This document shows positions 17,696 through 25,453 of a stretch of DNA of 64,000 bases, one piece after another. The notes under the pieces are model-generated. The model searched no databases. It was not told where the DNA came from and saw only the letters and a program-made list of their open reading frames with translations. The first letter of the stretch is position 1, and every line of letters starts with the position of its first letter. Where the stretch lies: sequence record MH460460.1; one strand, written 5' to 3'. The position numbers were made by a program, and so were the translations under genes.

Positions 17696-18136
17696 TTATA
17701 AGGAAATTTTTCGCATTGAGTGTTGTTGGAGAAGTCGAAGATTCCCAAACATCACATTGTATGCAGAGGTTCCATAAGTATGAATGAGTTGGCGAGGAAC
17801 GAACGTGCCGAAATAAAGACAGTTAGGATCAAGTTGTGTGATTTCCGTTCCCACGTTTTTATCTACGTTGGAAACCACCCATACCCACGGCTCGGCAAAG
17901 AAACGATCATTGCGAGTGTGGATGCGAAAACCAATTGCCATTTCTCGACCGCGAGGATCAAACGAAAACAAATCAACCGTTCTTTGATTCAGCGCTTTCT
18001 GTACGGTGAACAATGCCATCGTGCGAAACTTTTCAGAGAACTGCGGAATGTGCGCGTTGTCCTTTTCAATCTGCAACAAGATTTTGTCTTGTTGTTCCTG
18101 CGTCAACTTTCCGAAATATTTTATTGCGAAAGGCAT
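17696..18136 (-). CDS. Hypothetical protein (146 aa)
   Basis: Fills the gap between tmk and the 592-aa gene, in operon orientation. Confidence 0.6.
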   Translation of the reverse strand: MPFAIKYFGKLTQEQQDKILLQIEKDNAHIPQFSEKFRTMALFTVQKALNQRTVDLFSFDPRGREMAIGFRIHTRNDRFFAEPWVWVVSNVDKNVGTEITQLDPNCLYFGTFVPRQLIHTYGTSAYNVMFGNLRLLQQHSMRKISL

Positions 18137-18714
18137 TTCAGAATCTCCCCGACGATTTCCGTAGGAGTTGAATTATCGGTACTGAATACCGCATCGTAAC
18201 CGCCCGGTAAATTGCGGTAACGATCTTGATACATTTCAAACGTTTCAGCATCGACCATACGAGCTTCGATATTGTCGCTACCTTCGCGTTTATCGCCACG
18301 ACGAGAAACATAAGTTTCGTATGTGCAAGTAAGCAGAATGCTAACTACTTGAACATCCGGACGCAGAATATTAACGGTGCGATCAAACAGCACTTGCGTC
18401 TTATCGTCTTTAACTTGTAGCGCCCACGTTGAAGGCCAAGCACGATCAGTAATGACAACATCAGCAGAAGTTTCTGCAAGGAAATCCATCAGGGAACTAC
18501 GCGCCGCAAGGAAAATCAACATTTCCGTTAACGGCGAACGCGCATTGTTGTCGTGCAATGCAATGTTGCGCAGTTGTTCAGCGAGTGGAGTTGTGCCGGG
18601 TTCGCGAACACGAATAACGCTGATATCACGCAAACGCAGAGACGCCTCTAAAATTTCTGCGGTTGTGGATTTTCCCACACCTTCTGTTCCCTCAAGGACG
18701 ATGTATTTTTTCAT
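18121..18714 (-). CDS. tmk: Thymidylate (dTMP) kinase
   Basis: P-loop LEGTEGVGKST, REPGTT, LIFLAAR and VITDRAWPST motifs; start moved to MKKYIV at 18714. Confidence 0.92.
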   Translation of the reverse strand: MKKYIVLEGTEGVGKSTTAEILEASLRLRDISVIRVREPGTTPLAEQLRNIALHDNNARSPLTEMLIFLAARSSLMDFLAETSADVVITDRAWPSTWALQVKDDKTQVLFDRTVNILRPDVQVVSILLTCTYETYVSRRGDKREGSDNIEARMVDAETFEMYQDRYRNLPGGYDAVFSTDNSTPTEIVGEILKCLSQ

Positions 18715-18718
18715 TTGA

Positions 18719-19207
18719 TTACCTAAACTTGCCTCCACGCCATGCAGCATGGATTAGAAGACGGGAAAGGATTTTGTTTGATGTTTCGTGTGCTGTAGCA
18801 TTCTTCTTAACTCTGGCATTGCCTAAAGAAGTTACAACAATAATCCCTGCGCCGCTGCCTTTAATGCGAGCAAGAATTTTCTCTCCGTGAGATTCAAACA
18901 AACGCTCAGAAATAACGAAATAAAACTTGTGGCAGTATTCAAAGTATTTGTGCCATTTCTTATCAGAAGAAAAATCAGCCCAACTACTTTTAACCTCAGA
19001 GATTACTACATGACATTTTGTGTTGAGTGACCAAACATCTGCACGTAGATTGCCGTATTTGTTCAAACCAAATTCAATGTGATTAGAATATCTCTTATCA
19101 ATCCAGTAACCCACAACTGCTTCCGTTAAAAAGGCAGTTGTCTCGCCACGCGACAAACTTGTGAAAACAACTGCGGGTTTCCTGATTTTAATTCTTCTAC
19201 GACGCAC
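18719..19207 (-). CDS. MmcB-like PD-(D/E)xK endonuclease
   Basis: RADV...ISEVKSSWADFSSDKKWHKYFEYCHKFYFV matches the MmcB/DUF1052 pattern. Confidence 0.8.
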   Translation of the reverse strand: MRRRRIKIRKPAVVFTSLSRGETTAFLTEAVVGYWIDKRYSNHIEFGLNKYGNLRADVWSLNTKCHVVISEVKSSWADFSSDKKWHKYFEYCHKFYFVISERLFESHGEKILARIKGSGAGIIVVTSLGNARVKKNATAHETSNKILSRLLIHAAWRGGKFR

Positions 19208-19649
19208 CTAATTCCAACTTCTTGATTGCCTGTTTAAGAACAGGTTTCCAATCACGATCAATTTTCTTGAGTGCATCTTCGGCGAGGAACCAACGGCGCT
19301 CGCGTTGAGCAACTTCCAGATAGTTATCAAGTTCTTCATGCACCTGCATCAAAAACCATGTTACTTTCTGGAGTCTTCCGGTACTGCCTTTGACGTATTC
19401 CATTTTGGCAATTTTCTTACCGGGAACACCGCGCAGACCTGCTTCTTCCATTGCTTCTTTAATCGCGCTCGCTTCCAACGAAAGATCCGGCTCTTTACCG
19501 CCTTTTGGTAATCCCCAATTGTTCGCGTGCTTTGTGCGAATCATGCAGATTTCCAGATCACCTTCGTCGTTGTAGCGATAAGGAATAACGCCGCTCTGTT
19601 TACGAGGCTTGCGCCCGTCGCCTTCATCCAGCGTGAGAAAAACTTTCAT
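19197..19649 (-). CDS. Nudix hydrolase (Ap4A/DIPP-like)
   Basis: QSGVIPYR...WGLPKGGKEPDLSLEASAIKEAMEEAGL Nudix box. Confidence 0.9.
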   Translation of the reverse strand: MKVFLTLDEGDGRKPRKQSGVIPYRYNDEGDLEICMIRTKHANNWGLPKGGKEPDLSLEASAIKEAMEEAGLRGVPGKKIAKMEYVKGSTGRLQKVTWFLMQVHEELDNYLEVAQRERRWFLAEDALKKIDRDWKPVLKQAIKKLELGAS

Positions 19650-20152
19650 AGATAATCGTTCGCTCTCGGTTTAGGTTCATCCCAATCCCAAGCACGGTCT
19701 ACCCAAAAACCTGCGTTGGAAAGTGAATCGACTGCGCTACGAATTGTTGAGCTTCCAACAACCACGTATTCGACAACCGTGTTACCGACATTATACCCAT
19801 ACTTGTAGTTACCCAAGCAATAGGCAAACGACGCCTGTTTCGGATCAAAAAGAATTTCTCCCGACTGACTCACGACGATTGCGCTGCACGGCGCACCTTC
19901 CGGAACAGTAGAAAGAATTTCGATTCGAGCGAGCGGATTGCGGCGATAGCAACGCTGAACGAATTGAGCACAATCAGCAAATGAACGCGCAATATTTGCA
20001 GCGCGGCTATCGTTGTATTGATATGCGTCTTCGATGATATTGCGTGCGCCAGTAAGATTAAAGCCAGCAGCGGCGATCATGATCGCCAGCGAAGACGGTT
20101 CAATCTGCGAAGCAAAAGTGTTTGAACCAAACACTTCCGGAAACGTTTTCAT
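19646..20152 (-). CDS. Hypothetical protein (168 aa)
   Basis: Start moved to MKTFPE at 20152 (GGGAG RBS); ATGA overlap with the Nudix gene. Confidence 0.6.
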   Translation of the reverse strand: MKTFPEVFGSNTFASQIEPSSLAIMIAAAGFNLTGARNIIEDAYQYNDSRAANIARSFADCAQFVQRCYRRNPLARIEILSTVPEGAPCSAIVVSQSGEILFDPKQASFAYCLGNYKYGYNVGNTVVEYVVVGSSTIRSAVDSLSNAGFWVDRAWDWDEPKPRANDYL

Positions 20153-20178
20153 AAATATCTCCCAATGAATTGTCTTAC

Positions 20179-20496
20179 TCAAATTAGCGAGTTTGGACAA
20201 CTCAGTATTTGCATACGCGACGATGTACGCAGAATACCGCCAACCTGTACGCCATATTTCGTGGGATGTTTTTCACGCGTCCAGTTCACATTAACTTTCG
20301 CAAACTGTCTTATTGCTTGATTGGCGAATTTTCCGCGCAGAATAAGCAAATGGCTTCCATGAGGAAGCCCTAATTTGCGCGTAGAATCGCATACGAGTTT
20401 GAAGATGTTTCTGGCGTGAATTTCAGTAACTTCCTCTTCGCAAAAAATTCTAATCTTTAGCAAAGCCGATTTCCCCGGTGTGGCCTGACAGCACAA
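20179..20496 (-). CDS. Possible small hypothetical protein (start uncertain, perhaps TTG at 20463)
   Basis: The only ORF filling the 20187-20450 gap in operon orientation. Confidence 0.35.
   Translation of the reverse strand: MCCQATPGKSALLKIRIFCEEEVTEIHARNIFKLVCDSTRKLGLPHGSHLLILRGKFANQAIRQFAKVNVNWTREKHPTKYGVQVGGILRTSSRMQILSCPNSLI
20181..20187 (-). promoter_or_regulatory. Candidate late promoter CTAATTT
   Basis: cGCTAATTTGAG lies 29 nt upstream of the 20152 start. Confidence 0.45.
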
Positions 20497-21076
20497 ACAT
20501 ATTTTTGCAAAGCTGTTCGTTAGGAACTTCTACACCCGGAATTGTATCATCGAAAAGATGAACCACAATATCAGGACTGTTAAAATGAGGGATATCGCCG
20601 AAGCGTGCAATCAGAATTGATTTGCCGTTCAGAGATTCTTTATCGGTATACAGCACCGAAGGATCAAGACTGCCTGCACCGATCCAAATAACAGATGCAA
20701 CATGCGGAAGATTTTCTTCTAACGCCAGCGTAGGCACGCTTTCCAGAATTTCCAGATCGATGTTTTCAGTTTTGAAATACTCTTCAAGACTGCAAAGAAT
20801 GCACGAACGATTTTCCGGACGACGATGACGCTTGAGGCTAACGAACGGCTTGTTGCATTTAAACGTCAGTTGATCGGTAATATACGTGCCGTTTTCAACA
20901 TCTACATCTTCCGACTCCAAAGCATACACCGAAGCCAACACGCTTTGCTGAATTCCAGCCCAACGATTGTGGAGTTCGCGATCATTAGTTCCGCGCAAAG
21001 TTACATCCGTGCGCAGAGTACGCAGAATGCCATCAGCGATGAAAGAGACTAAAAGTTTTTTGCGGAGAAAGTACAT
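20450..21076 (-). CDS. Hypothetical protein (208 aa)
   Basis: AAGGA RBS directly after the spike gene stop. Confidence 0.6.
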   Translation of the reverse strand: MYFLRKKLLVSFIADGILRTLRTDVTLRGTNDRELHNRWAGIQQSVLASVYALESEDVDVENGTYITDQLTFKCNKPFVSLKRHRRPENRSCILCSLEEYFKTENIDLEILESVPTLALEENLPHVASVIWIGAGSLDPSVLYTDKESLNGKSILIARFGDIPHFNSPDIVVHLFDDTIPGVEVPNEQLCKNMFVLSGHTGEIGFAKD

Positions 21077-21088
21077 ATAGATATTTCC

Positions 21089-21874
21089 TTAGTTCAGATC
21101 AATTCGATTAGCATTCACTTTGTACCCGGCGGCTTCATGCTTAACATCGCCAGATACTTTCAACGTGTCGCTGCCCTTCACGGTTGTTTTTCGGTTGCCG
21201 TGAATCTCGACCGTTTGATTGCCTTTGATTAAAGTGTACTGATTGCCAGCGCTACCTTTTGCAGCACCTTTAAACGCAACACGTTTCTTTTGATCCGATT
21301 GCAGCGAACGTGCAATAAGAACCGGATCTTCTGAAATGTATTTAGGAACATCAGATTTCGAATCGGTCACGGTTAATTGTTGGTTCCCGATAATCGTTTG
21401 GTTCACATCGCCATAAATAACAAAATGAAAATCGCCGCCGTGAATCAAGATACACTCTTTCGTCATTCGGTCTACGATCATTTGTGTTGCGCTACTCAAA
21501 CGATGCACCATGCGATGCGGATAGTTCACCAATGCTTCCGGAAGCATATCGGCCTCAGTGGGTCGCGCTTCCATCGTGTATTCGCCAGTGTACATATCCC
21601 CTGTAGGGAACTTTACAGAAATCTTTGAGTTACGTTGAGGAACATTAAAAGTTCCAAACGCGTGAACATCAGATCCGCCTTTCCATCCTTCAACTTGTCT
21701 CATCTTAGGACGCAACCACGGCAAATCTTTATCTTCGATGTTGTCAAAAATTCCTACGATGCGTGCGCGAACTTGACCAATTCTTTTTGGATCGTTGGTG
21801 TCCACAACAACAGCTTCGTAATCCATGTTTGGGTCAATGCCCTTTTTCTGGACGTGACCGTTTAAATTCATCAT
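21089..21874 (-). CDS. Baseplate central spike (gp5/VgrG-type OB fold plus beta-helix)
   Basis: YEAVVVDTNDPKRIGQVRARI...LPW OB-fold motif; C-terminal 8-residue repeats (IKGNQTVEIHGNRKTTVKGSDTLKV). Confidence 0.88.
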   Translation of the reverse strand: MMNLNGHVQKKGIDPNMDYEAVVVDTNDPKRIGQVRARIVGIFDNIEDKDLPWLRPKMRQVEGWKGGSDVHAFGTFNVPQRNSKISVKFPTGDMYTGEYTMEARPTEADMLPEALVNYPHRMVHRLSSATQMIVDRMTKECILIHGGDFHFVIYGDVNQTIIGNQQLTVTDSKSDVPKYISEDPVLIARSLQSDQKKRVAFKGAAKGSAGNQYTLIKGNQTVEIHGNRKTTVKGSDTLKVSGDVKHEAAGYKVNANRIDLN

Positions 21875-23754
21875 GCGCCAGCCCTCGGCAAGTACATTGA
21901 AAGTTTCTGACCATTCGGAGCGCCGAACTTGCTACTGCCATCGACAGTGCCATCACCCATACTGCAAAGAAGATTTCTTAAATTCTCTTCGGCCTGACGA
22001 ATTAACTGCGAGAGATTCGTACTAGGGCCAAACAGTTTTGAAATCGAACTTGCATCCAAACATTTATCGGGCAATTCATCTTTTATCGCACGCTGCAAAT
22101 CTTCGAGTTTGTTGCTTACGCAGCTTTGAGAGAATTGTGGCCCACCCATGTAGTAATCAGGAATATCACCATTAGCAATAAGGCCGTTGATATCAGAAGT
22201 AAATCCGTTCAACAATCCTTCCATCTGATCAATACGATTTGCAAGAGCACTCAAAATAGTTGGGCCAAAGTCGATTGCAATGTTGATACTCAATTTCTCT
22301 AAGCTATTCAGCACATCACAAATCCCTGTAAGGAATCGCGCCATGTTAAATTCTTGCATCAGAGAATTTAAAAAGTCAGCACCTTCGCCGTATTTCTCAG
22401 CCAGTTCCGGAAAGCTGAAAATATCGCTATCCATTTTAAACTGATCCAGCATTACATTGAGACGCAATTCATGATTCGAGAAAATACGGTCAATAGCACT
22501 GGTGCCGTCCATAGCCTGCTTTAATGCGGAGTTGATTTGGAACGGGCGCAGAATATTAGCCACGGTCTGAACAGGAACATTCAGAATATTTTTGCCGCCG
22601 CCAATATTGGTTTCACCTTTTACCGGAGTGAAGTTTCGCGCAAGCAAAAATGTTTCGGCATAGCTATTTTGCACAATGCTTTTTGTTCTGCCGATAACAA
22701 TCCAGTTGCCCGAAGTTTTCACATCCATGTTCCCGTTACCATCACGCAAAGGGAAACTTGCTTTGACTTCAACGCAACTCAACAAAGGAATTCCGGAAAC
22801 ACCACCAACATAAAGAGCACGCGCAGTTTCAGTATACGCCATGCTTTGACGTTTCCAGTTGTAGTACGCTTGCTGGAAATTTTTATGCAGATTTATATCA
22901 GCAGTTGGACGCGCATACGCCTGACGAGTTCCTACAATGCCTTCACGAATATCGCTGTTAACGTTTAACGGATCTTTTCCGGCAACAGTGACGCCTTTCA
23001 GTTCGTTGGTTTTACCGTCCGAACTATTCCACATCAGAGTATCGCCGTAGTTACTGATTCCGTTCATTACGCCGGAAGAGGATTTAGGACGAAACTCTTT
23101 AATAGGTAATTCACTGCCTTGATGTTCGACGTTGAAGCACAAAACATATTGCGCTTGTTTTATAAGTTCTCCGTTAACGTCACGAACAACCATTCGCTTA
23201 TCAGCAGTGATAACAACTTTAGGAAGTGCCTCATCGCTGATCCACATATGCTGTTCGATTTCGTGCATAAAGCGTTTCGGACTTTGCGCAGCGCTCAACC
23301 ACAACATATTGTCATCGGTCTGAACGTTGCTGTCCAAAGTTAATCCGCATGTATCGCAGATTTTCTTTAACGCCTGAACACTTGAACCGCGCAAACTGAA
23401 TCCCGCAGTATCGTAAATAAATTTATTGGCATTGATTGCAGCCACGACACGCAGAACACGCAAACCATCTTCATCGTATTCTTTTACGGCAATGGTTGCG
23501 AACGTTGAAGTTTCTGCGTTTTCTAATGTGCTTCCCATTGTGATAGACAACTGAGTTCCATCAACAATCGCATGTTTATCGCGAAGCACGTTGTTACGGT
23601 CAACGAAAATAATAACCGCGCTTGGGATAGAGAAAGTATTTTCCAGAATGTGAATTGAGCGAATCAATCCCGGAGACACTGGCAAACTTTTTCCATCAAC
23701 GAGAAGGGAGACATAACTTTGACCGTGTACGCCTCCGTAAGATTCTCCGACCAT
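21871..23754 (-). CDS. Baseplate hub protein (gp27/gpD-like)
   Basis: 627 aa directly upstream of the spike gene with an ATGA overlap; SGNWIVIGRTKSIV hub-type segment. Confidence 0.55.
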   Translation of the reverse strand: MVGESYGGVHGQSYVSLLVDGKSLPVSPGLIRSIHILENTFSIPSAVIIFVDRNNVLRDKHAIVDGTQLSITMGSTLENAETSTFATIAVKEYDEDGLRVLRVVAAINANKFIYDTAGFSLRGSSVQALKKICDTCGLTLDSNVQTDDNMLWLSAAQSPKRFMHEIEQHMWISDEALPKVVITADKRMVVRDVNGELIKQAQYVLCFNVEHQGSELPIKEFRPKSSSGVMNGISNYGDTLMWNSSDGKTNELKGVTVAGKDPLNVNSDIREGIVGTRQAYARPTADINLHKNFQQAYYNWKRQSMAYTETARALYVGGVSGIPLLSCVEVKASFPLRDGNGNMDVKTSGNWIVIGRTKSIVQNSYAETFLLARNFTPVKGETNIGGGKNILNVPVQTVANILRPFQINSALKQAMDGTSAIDRIFSNHELRLNVMLDQFKMDSDIFSFPELAEKYGEGADFLNSLMQEFNMARFLTGICDVLNSLEKLSINIAIDFGPTILSALANRIDQMEGLLNGFTSDINGLIANGDIPDYYMGGPQFSQSCVSNKLEDLQRAIKDELPDKCLDASSISKLFGPSTNLSQLIRQAEENLRNLLCSMGDGTVDGSSKFGAPNGQKLSMYLPRAGA

Positions 23755-23757
23755 AAG

Positions 23758-23979
23758 TTACTCCTGAGCAAATGCGCCAGATTTAAAACGAATAGCGATG
23801 TTCTTCATACCTAACGCTTCGAGACGACTATTAACGCACAAAGGGCAGAGCGATCCCTGTTCAAGACCGTCTGCCTCTGGCGTTGCTTCTCGAAGTAGTT
23901 GCCACGCGGTTTCAGAAATGACAAATTCCGGAAAAGAATTTGCAGAACACCACGCGCAAAAATTCAGAGAAACTTTCAT
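23758..23979 (-). CDS. Small zinc-finger-like protein (73 aa)
   Basis: CAWC and CPLC pairs; GAGG RBS. Confidence 0.55.
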   Translation of the reverse strand: MKVSLNFCAWCSANSFPEFVISETAWQLLREATPEADGLEQGSLCPLCVNSRLEALGMKNIAIRFKSGAFAQE

Positions 23980-23985
23980 GTAACC

Positions 23986-24384
23986 TCACATTTCGTCCAG
24001 CAAATCCTGTAAGGCACCAATAACAGATTCCAGAACTTCTCTATCAGCCGGGAGATTGAAACCACCTTTGCCAATTTTCATTTCCGGATCTGCTTTGGTG
24101 CAATACATTTTTCGAATGGCAACAACTTCTTTGCCGTAGAATTCAGAAGTCTCGATCTTGATAGCACTGTTTTCACCAGTACGGATAAAGTCTTCTTTGG
24201 ATTTCTTTTTGGACTTCTTAGGCTTCTCAATCTTCGCTTCTTTCTTGAATTTATCAAAGCCTTCCTGAATGATGTTTTTCTTCTTTTCCGAAACTTTCTT
24301 TTTCGTTTTAGACTTCGGTTCGTCTTCAACGACTTTTTTAGTTTTGGATTTGCTGCGAACAATTTTACCGTTGACGATTGGCAT
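23986..24384 (-). CDS. PC4/p15-like ssDNA-binding protein with Lys-rich N-terminus
   Basis: IETSEFYGKEVVAIRKMY...KIGKGGFNLP aligns by eye to the PC4 consensus V.VSEFKGK.YVDIRE.Y...KPGKKGISL. Confidence 0.65.
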   Translation of the reverse strand: MPIVNGKIVRSKSKTKKVVEDEPKSKTKKKVSEKKKNIIQEGFDKFKKEAKIEKPKKSKKKSKEDFIRTGENSAIKIETSEFYGKEVVAIRKMYCTKADPEMKIGKGGFNLPADREVLESVIGALQDLLDEM

Positions 24385-24677
24385 TAGATCGTTGTCCTTG
24401 AAACTTTCCGCACTGGCTGTTTAGGCCGCTGAATCGGAATACGAATCAACATGCCTGCAACCATTTCGCTTGGATGAAAAAGACCGTTGGCTATCAGGAT
24501 ATGACGCCAGTAAGCATTAGTGCCAAACTGCTTGTGAGAAACCATTTGAGGGTTTCCCGCTAACGAGGCATCTATCCTGACATTTACAGTATTCGAAGTT
24601 TCAATTTCATCAAACAGCGTAACAAGAAGAGGATCAATACCAAACTTATCTACGGGTGTTGATTGCCACTGAGCCAT
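24384..24677 (-). CDS. Baseplate LysM-like wedge protein (gp53/Tail X-like)
   Basis: GNPQMVSHKQFGTNAYWRHILIANG...GMLIRIP. Confidence 0.75.
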   Translation of the reverse strand: MAQWQSTPVDKFGIDPLLVTLFDEIETSNTVNVRIDASLAGNPQMVSHKQFGTNAYWRHILIANGLFHPSEMVAGMLIRIPIQRPKQPVRKVSRTTI

Positions 24678-25453
24678 TTTGCAAGATCCTCGCGAGTAAC
24701 AGCAAAGTAACTTGAAATTTGCAGAACGAAATCAACAGAGATTGGGTTCCCTGTTCCATCTTCCCACACGTTATCAAAGTTAGCGGAAACTGAATCAACC
24801 ACACACGGAGACATTGAGAAAAAGTTACCAATGTCTACCGTGAAACTTTCAGCATCATCAGCAGGGTTAACAATATTTGTACCTGCCGCCTGATTGATAC
24901 TCTGAATTGCGGAGTCTGCAAGTTGGTTGATTGGAATTGGCCCTGGTGGAACTAAGATCCCCAATTTTTCAGAAGGCGCACACATACTCAAAAGACCGAT
25001 AATGTTTTTTACCACTTCGTCTCTTGAGTTATAATACGCATCCACGAATATCGGAAGATCGATTGACAGATAACTTGGGCCAGCCCATTTCTTAGCTGAA
25101 AACATTTTCACAAACGACGACGCACCGCCCATTGTCGCAGCACGCTGAATAATATCAGCGCGACTTGATAGTTGTGCGTTACGCGCAATTTGCTGTTCTG
25201 TTTCATTTTTTCGCATTCCGATCCCTTTCTGTGCAACGTCATTCAACGTTGTATCCGCATAAGGGTTCGTCCAGTTCGATGCAAGCGAGAAACTAAAATC
25301 GGGAGGAATAAATCCAGTGAACGCAATCGAGTTCGATTTATTGTGAATCCTGACTTTATACATTGAATCGACGTTAATGATATCTTCGCGACCCAAAAGT
25401 TCCGTAGGCTTAATCGCTGGAGCGCCAGTCGATTTCATTAAATAGTTAGACAT
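24650..25453 (-). CDS. Putative tail tube initiator/baseplate junction protein (gp48/gp54-like)
   Basis: Located between the tape measure and LysM genes; CVVDSVSANFD...PISVDFVL tube-like C-terminus. Confidence 0.45.
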   Translation of the reverse strand: MSNYLMKSTGAPAIKPTELLGREDIINVDSMYKVRIHNKSNSIAFTGFIPPDFSFSLASNWTNPYADTTLNDVAQKGIGMRKNETEQQIARNAQLSSRADIIQRAATMGGASSFVKMFSAKKWAGPSYLSIDLPIFVDAYYNSRDEVVKNIIGLLSMCAPSEKLGILVPPGPIPINQLADSAIQSINQAAGTNIVNPADDAESFTVDIGNFFSMSPCVVDSVSANFDNVWEDGTGNPISVDFVLQISSYFAVTREDLAKWLSGNQHP

